Positions 51,700-64,000 of a stretch of DNA of 64,000 bases are shown here, piece by piece. Both the position numbers and the translations under genes were made by a program. The notes under the pieces are model-generated. The model was not told where the DNA came from, searched no databases, and worked only from the letters and a program-made list of their open reading frames with translations. Positions within the stretch are counted from its first letter, which is position 1; every line of letters begins with the position of its first letter. This stretch comes from Vicugna vicugna (Eukaryota). The DNA is taken from positions 1,332,527-1,396,526 of the forward strand of contig MU057880.1 in the NCBI GenBank assembly GCA_013265495.1. Direction: 5' to 3'.

Positions 51700-52610
51700 G
51701 ATTTTTGGAGAGTTATTACTGCCCAGTTGAAGCAACCTTATTTGTTTTTGAAAAACTAATGAAGAATTTAAAATTACATAAGAAAACAATGTTAAAACCT
51801 TGTGCTTATAAATGAATAATAATCATTAAAAGTGTTCTGGTTACTCAATATAAAAATAGCGAAAAAACTTAGAGGTAGAATTCACAAAAGGGAAATGCAT
51901 CTGGCCTATAATCATAAAAATTCTAAGATAACCTTGAAATGGTGTATCATGTCTCTGTATAATACTGTTGAAGTTATTTTTTCAAAAGGAAATATCCAGT
52001 GATGGTGGAGGTACAGTAGAAAGGGCTTTAGATGGACTGCCAACACAATGTGACCCCTTTGTGAAGAGATTTGGGTATGAATGTAATGGCAAAATACTGT
52101 GACCTAATAAAGCACTACTTATAGCCAAAGGAAATACTCTGAGATTAGTACAAATTTTTATATACAAGTATGGTCATTGAAATATTATTTATGACAAAGA
52201 CGAAATTCAGCCCTCTTCCTGGCCACAAATGAAATGTCCAAACATAGGGTTAAAAGTTAAATAAATTGTGGTATATTGATAATATGGAAGATCACGTTCA
52301 ATCACATAAAATTAGTATTTTTGAAGGAAATCTAATAGCATGGAAAAATGCAGCATAGCACCATGCAAAATGAAAGCTAGAAGTGTATCTCTATTTGCAT
52401 GTTTATCTGTGTATACAGACACAAGGCATAAAGCAGTGTTTTAGAGAACACATTCTCTCACACACATAAAAACTTACATTATTGGAAGTAAAGCTCCAGG
52501 AGGTTAACAGTAGATATTATTACCTGATAGGATTATATAATTTACATTTCCTCTTTATATTTTCAGTGTTTTCCACAGTTTCCTCTATTAGGTATATATA
52601 AGTAAAATTT
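51700..52610 (+). mobile_element. L1ME-like decayed 3' fragment
   Basis: ttaaataaattgtggtatatt...atatggaa, aaatgtccaa. Confidence 0.6.
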
Positions 52611-53133
52611 CTAACTGAAAAATTTTACTGGGGGCGGTTATTATATTTCTTCTTGTCTCTAACTTGCGTCCATCACCAATCATTTTTGCAGGATTATCAG
52701 GCAAACCAACAGTCACTTTACTGCACTCAGTTTTATAATACAGAGTTTCAGGGGTCAGTCCCAGAGTCACACAAAATTTTCAAAGCTAAAATAAATATAT
52801 GCTCTTGCAAGAATGATAGTAAAGATGCGTATTTATTTATGTCCCTCCATTTTAACACTTAGCAGGTGTTATTTCTGACAGATCTGTGTTATTTCACCTT
52901 TTTTTTCCTCAAAAAAAAAAAAAATCCCTGAGCCCTGACTGGGACTCATTAATAGAGAACTTTAAGTCAACCACATTATAATTACAAGACAGAGGCATAT
53001 TTTCTTAGGTACATGGACGATTATGCAAAAATGAGCAGTAATTCAAAAACAGCATTATCACATAAGTATTGAAAGGCACTATGCCTTTAAATCTGGCATC
53101 TGGGAACTTTCCAACTTAAAGACATCTTTAAAT

Positions 53134-53619
53134 TCTTAAATTTTAAAATTTACTTTTACTGAAATATTGTTGATTTACAATGTTTCGGGGGTGTAGCAAA
53201 GTGATTCAGTTATATATACATATAAATATATATATTCAGATTCTTCTGCATTATAGCTTATTACAAAATATTAAATGCCTATACAGTAGGTCCTTGTTTA
53301 TATATTTTATGTACAGTGGTCTGCATGTGCTAGTCCCAAACTTCTAATTTATCCCTTCTCCCTCTTTCTCCTTTGGTAACTGTAAGTTTGTTTTCTGTGT
53401 CTGTGAGTCTGTTTCTGTTTTGTAAATAAGTTCATTTGTATCATTTTTTAGATTCCACATATGAGTAATATCACATAATATTTGTCTTTCTCTTTCTTTC
53501 TTCACTTAGTATGACAATCTGCAAGTCCATTCGTGTTGCTGTAAATAGTATTATTTCCTTCTTTTTTATGGCTAATATTCCATTTTATACAAAACACACA
53601 CACACACACACACATATGC

Positions 53620-53672
<53 letters not shown>

Positions 53673-53864
53673 TACCGCATTTTCCTAAGCCAATTGTCTA
53701 CTGATGGACATTTAGGCTGCTTCTATGTAAGTAGTGCTGCTGTGAACACTGGGGTTCATGTATCTTTTCAAATTAGAGTTTTCATCTTTTCTGGATATAG
53801 GCCCAGGAGTGAGATTGCTGGATCTTATGGCAGCTCTATTTTTTAGCTTTTAATAAAAATTAAA
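53134..53864 (-). mobile_element. L1 3' end (body antisense) between imperfect 16-bp direct repeats
   Basis: gttgatttacaatgttt...ttttagattccacatatgagt...gagattgctggatc. Flanks aaag(a/g)catcttt(a/g)aat at 53118-53133 and 53865-53880. Confidence 0.93.
53594..53672. repeat. (CA)n..(TA)n(CA)n microsatellite inside L1
   Basis: Directly visible. Confidence 0.97.
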
Positions 53865-54159
53865 AAAGGCATCTTTGAATCAAGGCATTTCTTGAATTAT
53901 CCAGATTGGTTATATACACACACAGCATTTTCCTAAGCCAATTGTCTACTGATGGACATTTAGGCTGCTTCTATGTAAGTAGTGCTGCTGTGAACACTGG
54001 GGTTCATGTATCTTTTCAAATTAGAGTTTTCATCTTTTCTGGATATAGGCCCAGGAGTGAGATTGCTGGATCTTATGGCAGCTCTATTTTTTAGCTTTTA
54101 ATAAAAATTAAAAAAGGCATCTTTGAATCAAGGCATTTCTTGAATTATCCAGATTGGTT
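53677..54159. repeat. Tandem duplication, 248-bp period
   Basis: 53677-53911 appears identical to 53925-54159 by eye. Confidence 0.97.
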
Positions 54160-54399
54160 TGATGTGACTGAAACCCAGTGCACATTTGCATATTCGTCCA
54201 GCTCATTGTGAATTTTATCTGATTTAGAACTGAAATGGTGGCAAAAATATTCCTCTGACTTAGTTATTATTTAACTCTTCGAGCACTAATGTTGTATTAG
54301 CTGCTGTACAAGCGAATTATAATATTCCTCCAAGGTTCCACCTTTGAGACAATCTTTGTTTAATTTAGGAATTGAGATAACTGGATATTTCTAAGTCGC

Positions 54400-54952
54400 C
54401 TCATTTATCATGCAAAAACATAGTCGCAGAATCCCGAGGAGATGACAGATCGCTCTCTCTGAGTTCCTCACCATCTCATCTCCAAAAGTGAGATTTTCCT
54501 TTCCAAGGGTAGTTCTTGCCATGTCAACATTAAGGATGCTAGGTTCTCACAAAGACGCTGACTCCAGGATTGATGTTTGCCAACAGCTTTCAAATCCCAC
54601 CCGTCGCCTCCCCCTCTGCCCTTCATCTGAATAAGCTGATAAGAAAGTCCAGTTTTCCCTCCTTTGGCATCAGCAGTAAATTTGAACCCTGCAAGTTGTG
54701 ATCCGCCAGCTTGACTCCTCACCCATCCCTGCCGCCTAATTACAATAGGAGCAAAGCCTGTCTCCTTTCCCTGCAATTTCTAAAGCCACTTTCAGACCTG
54801 CTTGGGAGCCTGCAAAAGTTTCCCCAGAAAGTCTCATTGTGTCAGCAATAAACCTTTCACACCCTCTCAGTGTGTGTGCAGCGATGCTAAATCTCTCCAT
54901 CGGAACCAGGTTCTGGGTGGGATCTGTCCTGCCTTTGTGAGCTGATCACAGC
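54400..54952 (+). mobile_element. Old ERV LTR (MER90/MER110-like)
   Basis: caataaacctttca...ggaaccaggttctgggtggg...gatcaca resembles the recalled R/U5 end. Left boundary uncertain. Confidence 0.55.
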
Positions 54953-56986
54953 GCGGATGCAGTGGATCTCTGAAACAATTCTCATTCTCTTTCACAAAGC
55001 ATTTAAGCATGTGCAAGTCATGACTGCTTCTCTGATTCTTTCTCCTTCTACCTGCTTATGTCCAGCGTGTTTTGTCATTCTCAGGGTCTGACATACGACT
55101 CACCCCTGAGAATGTGACCAAAGCCTCCAATTTTCCTTGTTCAGAGAATAATTCATAAAGCTTCTTTAGCCTTCCTGCAACTTTTCCCTCCAACGTGTTA
55201 GCTCGTTCTTGGTGGTGGCCTTGACACAGCTGGGAGCTCGTCTTCTGTGTGGATCTGTCTGTTTGGTGGCTTAGCCTCTCTGTCTATCATTCTTTTTGTG
55301 GCTGGTGTACTTCCCAGAAATTACGGTTGATTCTCTGTACAACCCCACTGCCTCCTGCTCTGGAGAGGATGTTGAATGCGAGGTCCAAGGACTTCTTATT
55401 CTGCCCACCGTGCCGGTGGACGGGTCATGTGCTGAACAGCAGCGCCATGCTGAACTCCACAGGGAGCTAAACTGGACCTGTGTTTTGATATGGACCTCGA
55501 CCTCCACGTTCCTAGCCCAAGAGGGAAGATTAACAGATTACCCAAAATGCAGGAGGAAATGCCCCTTCCCTACTGTGAGCTCTGCCGCTGGGACTTGAGC
55601 ACTGTTTCTTTGTATGACTCCCGGAAGTAAGCCTAGGTCTGTGGCCGGCGGATGTTTGGTGGAATTGAGACATTGAAACTTCCTCTTCTACTTTGAAATG
55701 TAGCTTCATCGAGTTCCAGTTGCTCTTTCTGGAATGTCAGCCTATGTGCTTTTTATCAGCTGCCATCTTATAACCCTCTTCAGCTCATAAACTATCGTTT
55801 CTGTAGCGTCATCTCTGGTGAGGACCCATATTTTTGATACACTCCCAGCCTTACATAGAACCCAAGTTTACTCACTCTTGACTCTAATTCTTCCTGTCTG
55901 GGAGGGATCTGAGTAAACGTAAGGACTTCCTAGAATCATAATTAAGATTCACCTCTCAGACCCAAAGATGTAAAGCCATTCTCTTTCTTTCAGATCTCTC
56001 TGTTGGGTCACCTGGATGAGTCTTTGCTGGGAAAACTTCAGTGCCTGTGTCTTTAGGTCTTTCCCTCTAAGGCCACTCAGAGTTCAAGTTCTGGAAATTC
56101 CAGCTTCCTGGAGAATGACTCCCTGGCTTTCAGTGTTCTAAGAACCCAGATGGAGCAACAATAGGGCCTCAGAATTTATCACTTAGTGTTCATATGTTCA
56201 TTTAATTCCCCCTATTTTTCATTTGTGCTCATCCACTCTACAGATTTCTCCAAATCTATGAATCTTCTATTTTTTCTTGTCCATAAAACAAACATTCAGT
56301 CTTCCTGGGTTTGGGGATGGACCAGCTTCTGGAGAGGTGGAGTTGAAAGGGGATCTAGGTTTCTGACTATTTATTAAGCAGCTTTCAGTGCATCCTTTTT
56401 ATTTCAGTATTCCCTGTACCCCGAGTTACAAAGCTATTTGGTGCTATGAGTAGCCTAGCCATGTGAAGATTTTGAGGTGAGGACTGGGTGCCTGGAGTGC
56501 CCTGAATAAGGATCTCTGGTCCACGTTCTTTCCAGCTTCCAACAATGTTGTTGATATATTCTTCTGTTCACATTTCTTGGTGTATGCTTTTTTCTTCAAA
56601 CTTTTAATTGTAGTTTTAATGTACTTTCAGGATGGGCCAAAACTCGATCTGTATAGTCAACCCACTGTCTTTACCCACCATCTGCCTCTTGGACTGCTAT
56701 TCTTGAATTTTGTCCTAATCTGGAGTCCACAGAAATACCCAAGACTAATAAAAATTTGTCGCTACCCAAGATTGCAGTGAATGATCTCAGAGACTTATTT
56801 AGATCTGATGCGGAATGAGATGGCTACTGCTAGCCTAACATTGACCTTGGAAGCAGCAGCAGCTACCATTTACTTATGAGTCCTGTCAAACTCAGAGCTC
56901 ATGAGGCAGTTCACAGTTCTGAACTGAAGTACAATCTCAAAACCAGTTGTTACTTTTGGTAACTCTGGAACCAACTTCAGGGTGGG

Positions 56987-57372
56987 TGTTAGGGATGGAA
57001 TGTTTGTGTCTTCCCCAAATTCAAATATTGAAACCCTTATTCCCAATGTTATGGGATGTGGAGGTGGGTCTTTGGGAGGTCATCAGAGCTAGATTGGGCC
57101 ATGAGGGTGGGCTTCTCAAGACAGAATTAGCGGCCTTACAAGAAGAAGAAAAGAGAGACATCTGAGTGTGTGTACGCACTGGGGAAAGGCCATGTGAGGA
57201 CACAGTGAGAAGGCAGGTGTCTGTAAGCCAGAAAGAGAGCTCTCACCTCGACCTAAATCTGCCCGCACCCTGACGCTGGACGTCCCAGCCTCTCGCTGTG
57301 AAAAATCAACTTCTGTTCTCTAATCCACCCAGTCTGCAGCTTTTGTTATGGCTGCCTGAGCAGACTTAGACA
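56987..57372 (+). mobile_element. MLT1A-like solo MaLR LTR
   Basis: TG...CA termini, flanks GTGGG/GTGGC, aggccatgtgaggacacagtgagaaggc, ttgttatggctgcctgagc. Confidence 0.9.
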
Positions 57373-57630
57373 GTGGCCAGCCCTGCCTGTCTGGACAGGA
57401 ATGATAAAATACAGTGCAACAGCATTTCCTAGTGTTTCTAGGTCTTTGGCTGAAATTGCCTCTTCAGACTTTAAGAGATAAGCACTTAACCATGAGAACC
57501 ATCTGGATATTAATTATAATTAAAAGTCGTACTCTGAAAGCCATGTAGGCTTGAGAGAGAAACACAGTAATGAAAATGTTTTGTTCTGAGTCTCCAAGCT
57601 GCTGGCTTTTACTGGAGTCAGTGGCTGAAT

Positions 57631-59328
57631 CTTTTCCCTTGACTGAGTTACAATTGAGAAGTGAACTTATTGTAAGAGATTTAAAATGTACAATACAGTA
57701 ATTTGATGTGCATATACAGTGTAAAAGGAATCCTCCCACTGAGTTAACACGTCCATCACTTCATGTTATTTTTCTTCTGCTTTTTCCCCCCTTTGGTGAG
57801 AACACATAAGTTCTACTCTCTTAGCAAATTTCAATTATACATTACAGTGTTATCAACTATAGACACCGTGTTATACATCAGATTCTCAGATCTCACTCAT
57901 CTTATAATGGAAGGTTTGTCCTTTTTAGTCAAATTCTCCTTATTTTCCCCACCCTCTGGCCCCTGGAAACCACCCTTCTACACTCTGCTTCTATGAGTTA
58001 GACTTTATTTTTAGATTCCACACATAAATGATACCAAGAGGTGTTTGTCTTTCTCTGTCTGGCTTCTTTCACTGAACATCACGCCCTTCAGTTTCATTCA
58101 TGTTGTTGGAAATAGAGTCTCCTTTTTCCTAAGGCTGAATGATACATCAGGAAGAAAGGGAAACCACATCTTCTTTATCCTTTCATCTATTGATGGACAC
58201 AGCCTGTTCCCATGCCTTGGCTCTTACAAATAATGCTGCTGTGGACATGGAGGTACAGCTATATCTTTGAGATGATGAATTTGTTTGGATATATATCCAG
58301 AAGAGGAGAAAACCAATCTTGAAATTTATTTGGAACCATAAATGACCCTGAATAGCCAAAGTCATCTTGAGAAAGGAGAACAAAGCTACTGGAGACATCA
58401 CACTTCCTGATTTCAAACTATATCACAGAGCTGTAGTAACTAAACAATGTGATATTGGCATTAAAAAAAAAAACAGACAAATGGATCAATGGAAGAGAAG
58501 AGAGTCCAGAAATAAACCTTGTGTATATGGTCAATTTTTGTCAAGAGTCAAAAATATACAATAGAAGAAAAGTCTCTTCAATACATGTTGTTGGAAAAAT
58601 TGGACAGCCATGTGCAAAAGAATGAAATTGGCCACTATTTTACACCATACACAAAAATTAACGCAAAATGGATTAGAGACTTGAACAGAAGACCTGAGAG
58701 TCTTAGATGTCTAAGACCTGAATGTCTAAGAAGAAAACAAAAGGGGTAAATTCCCTGACATCAGTCTAGGCAACATTTTTTTTTTTTTGGATTTGACAGC
58801 AACAGCAACGGAAACAAAAACAAACAACTGGAACTACATCAAACTAAAAAGTTTCCGCACAGCAAAGGAAATTACCACTAAACAGAGAAGGAAATCTATG
58901 CAATGGGAGGAAATATTCGTAAACCACATATCCAATAAGGGGTTAACATCCAACATACACAAGAAACTCATAAAACTCAATTAAAGAAAACCAGTTAAAA
59001 AACATGAGAGGATCTAAGTAGACATCTTTCCAAGGAAGACATACCAATGGCCAAAACATACACGAAAAGGTGCTCCACATCACTAGCCATCAGGGAAATG
59101 CAAATCAAAACTACAGCGAGGTATCGCCTCACACCTGTCAGAATGGCTTTTATCAAAAAGCCAGTAATAACACATAGTGTTGAGTAAAGGACACCCTCCC
59201 ACGCTGTTGGTGGGAATGTGAACTGGAACAGCTCATGCGGAGGACAGTATGGAGCTTCCTCAAGAAATTAAAAATAAGACTACCATATGACCGAGCAGTT
59301 CCACTCCTGGGCATCTACGCAAAGGAAA
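57631..59328 (-). mobile_element. L1MA-like element with a 1-kb 5' inversion
   Basis: Minus-strand 3' end 57631-58306 joined to plus-strand ORF2 segment 58307-59328 (peptides GDITLPDFKLY, YIKLKSFRTAKE). Confidence 0.9.
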
Positions 59329-59599
59329 GGGGGAATAAACAATTTCATTGAGGAGCTGATAAAATTCGTCAAGGAAAATCTTTATCCATGCCGACTACTG
59401 ACCCTTGGGTGAGTGCTATGAGAAGGGCATTCACCACAAAAGGACGCACATCCAACTTTCACATCCCTACTCAGGCAGTTACACGAAAGAGCTGTGTCCC
59501 TGAAAAGACTGGCTTGCAGGAAAGGAGAGGCTGAAACCAGAAGAAAACGAGCCGCAGAGTGAGGAGGAGATAATAAAGTGAATGCGTCCAACGTAAACC

Positions 59600-59990
59600 A
59601 TTCTGGTAAGTGGTTCAGACTTGACAGGAAACCCAGAGGGGGAGGAGCTTAATGAGAGGTGAACCGTCTAGGGCAGGATTGTTTGTTTTGTTTTTTTTTT
59701 CCAGGATAAGAAATGTGAGCTTGTTTTTAAAAGGAAGAGAAAGCGTCAAGAGTGAAGGGAGGTAGAAGGTAAAGTAAGTGGACATAATTAAGAAAGAAAA
59801 TTCTTGGAGCAGACAGGAAGGGAGGGGACCCAACACGCAGGGGAAGGGATTAGCTTTGGACATCAGCAGGAATAGAGTGAAAAGAGATAAACACGGTTCA
59901 AGATAAGCTCGATGTGGCAGGGAGGGAATTTGAAGGAACTCATACCTCACAGTGTTTTCTTCTTGAACTTGGAGACTTAGTTATCTGTTA
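59600..59990 (-). mobile_element. L2-like fragment
   Basis: Purine-rich. gaggggacccaacacgcaggggaagggattagcttt. Confidence 0.5.
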
Positions 59991-60289
59991 GGAATTTAGA
60001 TTAAACAAATTAAAAATAAAACTGGGACAACTGATACGAAATGGGAACACGATGTGAGTAAAGGTAAATAAACTGTAGAGCAGTCTGATGGATAAGCTCA
60101 GAGTCTGGTCTATGCAGAGAACTTGCAAGCCCTCGGTGGGATTATTTTCTCACCATTTTTGGTGAGTTTGGTGCTGAGTCACCACTTAAGAGTGCAATTG
60201 AGAAGTAGGTCTTTATGGTAAATAAAACATTCAGTGATGAATTAGGTTTATGAGGGTGACGGATTATGTTAATGTTACAAAAATTCTGC

Positions 60290-60440
60290 AATGATGTAGT
60301 GCAATGGAAAACAACTGGAATTTGAAATAGATCTGTGGTTCGATGTTAGCTATGCTATCCGTGGTGTCATCCTGGGCATGCTAAGTACTCACTGAAGCTC
60401 AATTTTTGCAACTATAAAATGGAAGTAATAATACGATCAA
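60290..60440 (+). mobile_element. MIR SINE
   Basis: gtagtgcaatggaaa...ctgggcatgc...actataaaatggaagtaataata. Confidence 0.65.
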
Positions 60441-60592
60441 GTGAGATATTTTGTTATTTTTATTATCGTATTATTATCTTTATTGTTGCTTGAGCCTCAT
60501 GAAAAACAAGCTGGCGTGTGATAAAACTCTAACTTCTGGATGGAAGAAGTACGAAAGATGTATTGTCAGGAGACCTTGAGGGATGGGAGATG

Positions 60593-61155
60593 TTGTGACG
60601 AAAGACTGTAATTTCCAAAGATGGTCACAACGGTACCTCTCAAGCCATGTGATTTTCTGACGTGTCTTTCACGCGCCTTCCATTGAGAGGTTAGACTTCC
60701 ATCCCATGCCCTTGAAACACAGACGGCTGTTGAGACTGTTTCGACTGGTCAAGTTTGACCCAAGTGTTATTTGGTGACTTCCAAGCTCAAGTCATAAGTA
60801 GAATTTCAGCTTCCATCTTTCTCACTGAACCAGTCCCTGTGGAGTCTTGGCTGAAATATGAGTAGTTCTACTGCAATGAAGTCACCATGATGTCAAGAAG
60901 TTCAGGCTGTCCCACCCAAAGGAGACCACATGGAAAAGCTATGAGATTATGGGAAGAGAATGAGATAGATGGTCAGCCCCAGTTGTCCCATTTTCACCTG
61001 TAACCTCACTGCAATTTCATGAGTCACTTTGAGCTACATCTGCCCAGCCAAGTTACTTATGGATTTCTAACAGATAAAAATCATGAGAAATAGTATTGTT
61101 GTTTTATGACACTAAGATTTTTGGGAGATTTGTTTTACAGCATTAGTAACTGATA
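60593..61155 (+). mobile_element. MLT1G/H-like MaLR LTR
   Basis: tttccaaagatggtcacaa...gttgttttatgacactaag...ttgttttacagcattagtaactga. Confidence 0.75.
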
Positions 61156-62104
61156 TGATTATTTCCCCAGTCTTTCTCAAATTTATTTCTTAAAAGATTT
61201 CCTCAACAAGCTTGTTTGTTTCAAACTCACATGTACGTATATAAGATTTACTTTTACTTTTATAAGATCATTTAATTTACTTATATAAGATCACATATTA
61301 TTTACTAAAATAATGTCATTTATTTATGTGAGATCATTGTTCAGATCTAGGTCTAAATTGGCTTGTTTATCTCTAGATAAAAGAGAGAATGCATTTGATA
61401 TCTTCAAACTATTGCTTTCCAACCTATGGAATTTTCTTAAATACAGCAAGTATTCTTCATGTCAGCAATGGAGTAAAATGTCATTTAAGTCCTCCGCAGA
61501 CCTCTCTGCGTGAAAGCGGGAAGTCAGCATTAGTATGTAGGGTGAGGAGAATTGTGGTCCTTACACTACACATAAATCAGGTCATTTAAACTGTAGCCGC
61601 CCTGTCCTTGGGGATGCCCCTGCTGAAAGTATGTCTTAAACAGCACCCCATTTCCAGAGTTAGAGAGAATGTGGATTAATTACACTGTGGAATCTGTTCT
61701 CTGTTCATATGCATTCTGTTCCTTGAGCATTGCTTCACCCAGAGGCTGAGTATGTGTGAAAAGCACGGTTAGAGTCTGGCTCAATGTTGCTGGAATCACA
61801 GTGGCTATGATTCCACTTTGCTGACCACTTGGAAGCCAGACATATGTCAATGGATACAGAATTTTGATCATCTTTAGTTCTATCTATTGTTCAGTTAGCA
61901 TCAACAATTTTTCCAGGATACTATGGAGGGCAACCTTTTTTTTTGTATGTTTAATTCCAGCACATATGGTAAGACAGTTGCTGATAATTAGGTTTTTTTA
62001 TTGGTAGAATGCATCTCCTTTTTTATTGCCTTAAATTGCAAGTACTTTGACACTTTATTTGGTATATTATGTGAACTTAAAGATACTTGTTGAATGAATA
62101 TCTT

Positions 62105-62285
62105 TGTGTCATCAAATACCCGGATTTGAATCCCCCTCCACCATTCCTAGTTGTACGACCGCTCTCTTCCTTTGGTTCTTCATCTGTGAAATGGGGATGA
62201 TAATAATAGCTTCTACTCTTTAGGGTGGACTGAATGATCCTACAGGGAAAGGATGTTAAAAAACGTGCTAGCGTATTCATAGCAA
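62105..62285 (+). mobile_element. MIR SINE
   Basis: ttcttcatctgtgaaatggggatgataataatag is the MIR core. Confidence 0.8.
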
Positions 62286-62298
62286 AAGCCACCTTGAT

Positions 62299-62380
62299 GG
62301 GGGAGGGTACAGCTCAGTGGCAGAGCGCATGCTTAGTGTGCATGGGGTCCTGAGTTCAGGTACCACCACTAAAAAAGAAA
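62299..62380 (+). mobile_element. Short camelid tRNA-derived SINE with damaged B box
   Basis: ggggagggtacagctcagtggcagagcgcatgcttag...gtaccaccactaaaaaa. Confidence 0.9.
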
Positions 62381-62452
62381 TGCTGCCTTTAGTCACCCAA
62401 CATGCCCAGAGATAGCGCCTACCCTCTTGCCCATCCCAGCAGGGTAAAACTA

Positions 62453-62613
62453 GAGCAGTGGTTCTTCCGTTGGCTTTGGATGGGAAAACTTCTGGGTTCC
62501 CACACTTAGTGAGTTTGATTTAATTGGTTTGGGGTTGGACCTGGGTGTAGAGATTTATAAAGGCTCCCCAGCAATCCTAAAGTGCAGCCCCAGAGAAAGA
62601 AATTCTGGACTAG
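62453..62613. mobile_element. MER5A-like DNA transposon
   Basis: cagtggttct...tgatttaattggtttgggg...aggctcccca..aaagtgcagcc. Confidence 0.7.
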
Positions 62614-64000
62614 ATGTGGTAAATAAAGGCTTGGCTACCACTCAATCTTACCGGCTTTTCCTCGGGACATCTGGGAATCATCAATAATACATCAAAATCA
62701 CTCTGCTTAGATTTACAGCTCCTTTTGTGCCAGGTGAAATCCAGATAGATAATATCTTTATAATCTTAACATTGTTTAGGTTAAGACTAACGCCTCTTAA
62801 GCCAGGGTGTGTGGGTTGTTAAATTTACTGTGGCAGGGCCATCTTTGTGAGATATGAACGTCCTGATTAATCATGAATTTTACACGTGTCTATACTTCAG
62901 AAGTGATGATTGTGTATTTCCAAACTTGCTTTGCAGGGACTACTGCTTTGGTCTGGTATCAGGGAACAGAATGGCTGGTACCCTGAAGAGGCACATGTTG
63001 TGCTGTAAGAATTCCTTAAGCATGATGTCGGCGGCTGACAAGATGAAAAATGGCTCTGTGATTCATTTCCAGTCTCAGGCTTATAGAAGCACTTAAATAT
63101 TTTGAAATGCCCTCCCACATCCTGTGATTGTGCTAAATCAGAACTGAAAAGCTCTCAGCAGGCTGGATGTGATCCCAGGGTTAAGATCCCCTATTCTTTA
63201 TTTTCTTTTTCACAACACACTTAGTGCTAGAAAAATAAAGTTTATGAGGAAGTATTAAGTATGCTTAACAGGCACATTTGAGCTCCAACTCTACTATCCT
63301 ACTCAGTTATAAATTATCTCCTAAAGTGAAAAATGAAATAAAAAAGGCCCATACTTCTCACATGCCCCTAAACACCAAGCGCATGGAATGGAAAAACGCA
63401 TCCATGGATCCATGGAGCCATTTGCAATTCCAGAACATTCTGGGCCGGTCTTTCAAATCTCCTGTGCTTTGATGCTTTGTAAAGTTACTCTTAAGCAATG
63501 TTGTGTCTGTGACCCTGAGTCAGGTAACCAGGCCAGTGGACCCTCTTCGTGTGTTGCCGCTGACACAGAGATGCTTCTCAGGTCCTTGAATGTATGGACT
63601 TTGAAAGTAACACTGGAAACCAGATGGGAAACACATGTTGATCCCATTCAGAAAACACCACTCTTTGCTTAGATTCAACATAAGCTCTGCATCGAGGAAG
63701 AATGAGAGGTCATTAAAGAGCAACAGACGCTCACTTGAAATGCACAAACAATAACGCGAGAGCCCACAGAGACGGTCCGGCTGAGACTGCTTCTAGCTGT
63801 TCGTGGCCAGAAGGGGGGAGCCCTGAAATTTCCAGATAGCTGACTATATGATACTCAAATAACGGACTGTATTTTTAAACACAGACTTATGACTGTCATA
63901 GTCATTATGTTTTATTCATCCAATGAACATGTCTAGAGCCCGTACCAGGGGTCACGCATTATGATAGGAGTTGGGACCTCGTGGTGACAAGATGAGCAGG

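Noticed and set aside
1..64000. ORF-track entries as protein-coding genes
   Set aside because: All are 170 aa or shorter, many start at non-ATG codons, and many overlap repeats or low-complexity sequence. Only L1 ORF2 remnants are recognisable.

Overview
Repeat-rich, CpG-poor mammalian non-coding DNA (intronic or intergenic). Three tRNA-derived SINEs with a GGGGAGGGTATAGCTCAGTGGTAGAG-type head, plus the L1 3' tail type, point to a camelid genome. This rests on recall of the families, not a database search. A large part of the window is decayed mobile DNA: L1 of several ages, L2, MIR, MaLR and ERV1 solo LTRs, and MER20/MER58A/MER5 DNA transposons. I cannot support any intact protein-coding gene. 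The only recognisable peptides in the ORF track are L1 ORF2 remnants. I did not find a convincing new biological system. The best observations are structural: three, possibly four, 5'-inverted (twin-primed) L1 insertions; two near-perfect tandem duplications (285 and 248 bp), either real or assembly artefacts; an old dispersed duplication that preserves the empty site of a SINE; a possible micro 3' transduction; several RFX X-box motifs; and a few unassigned exon candidates. Subfamily names and the boundaries of old repeats are approximate.
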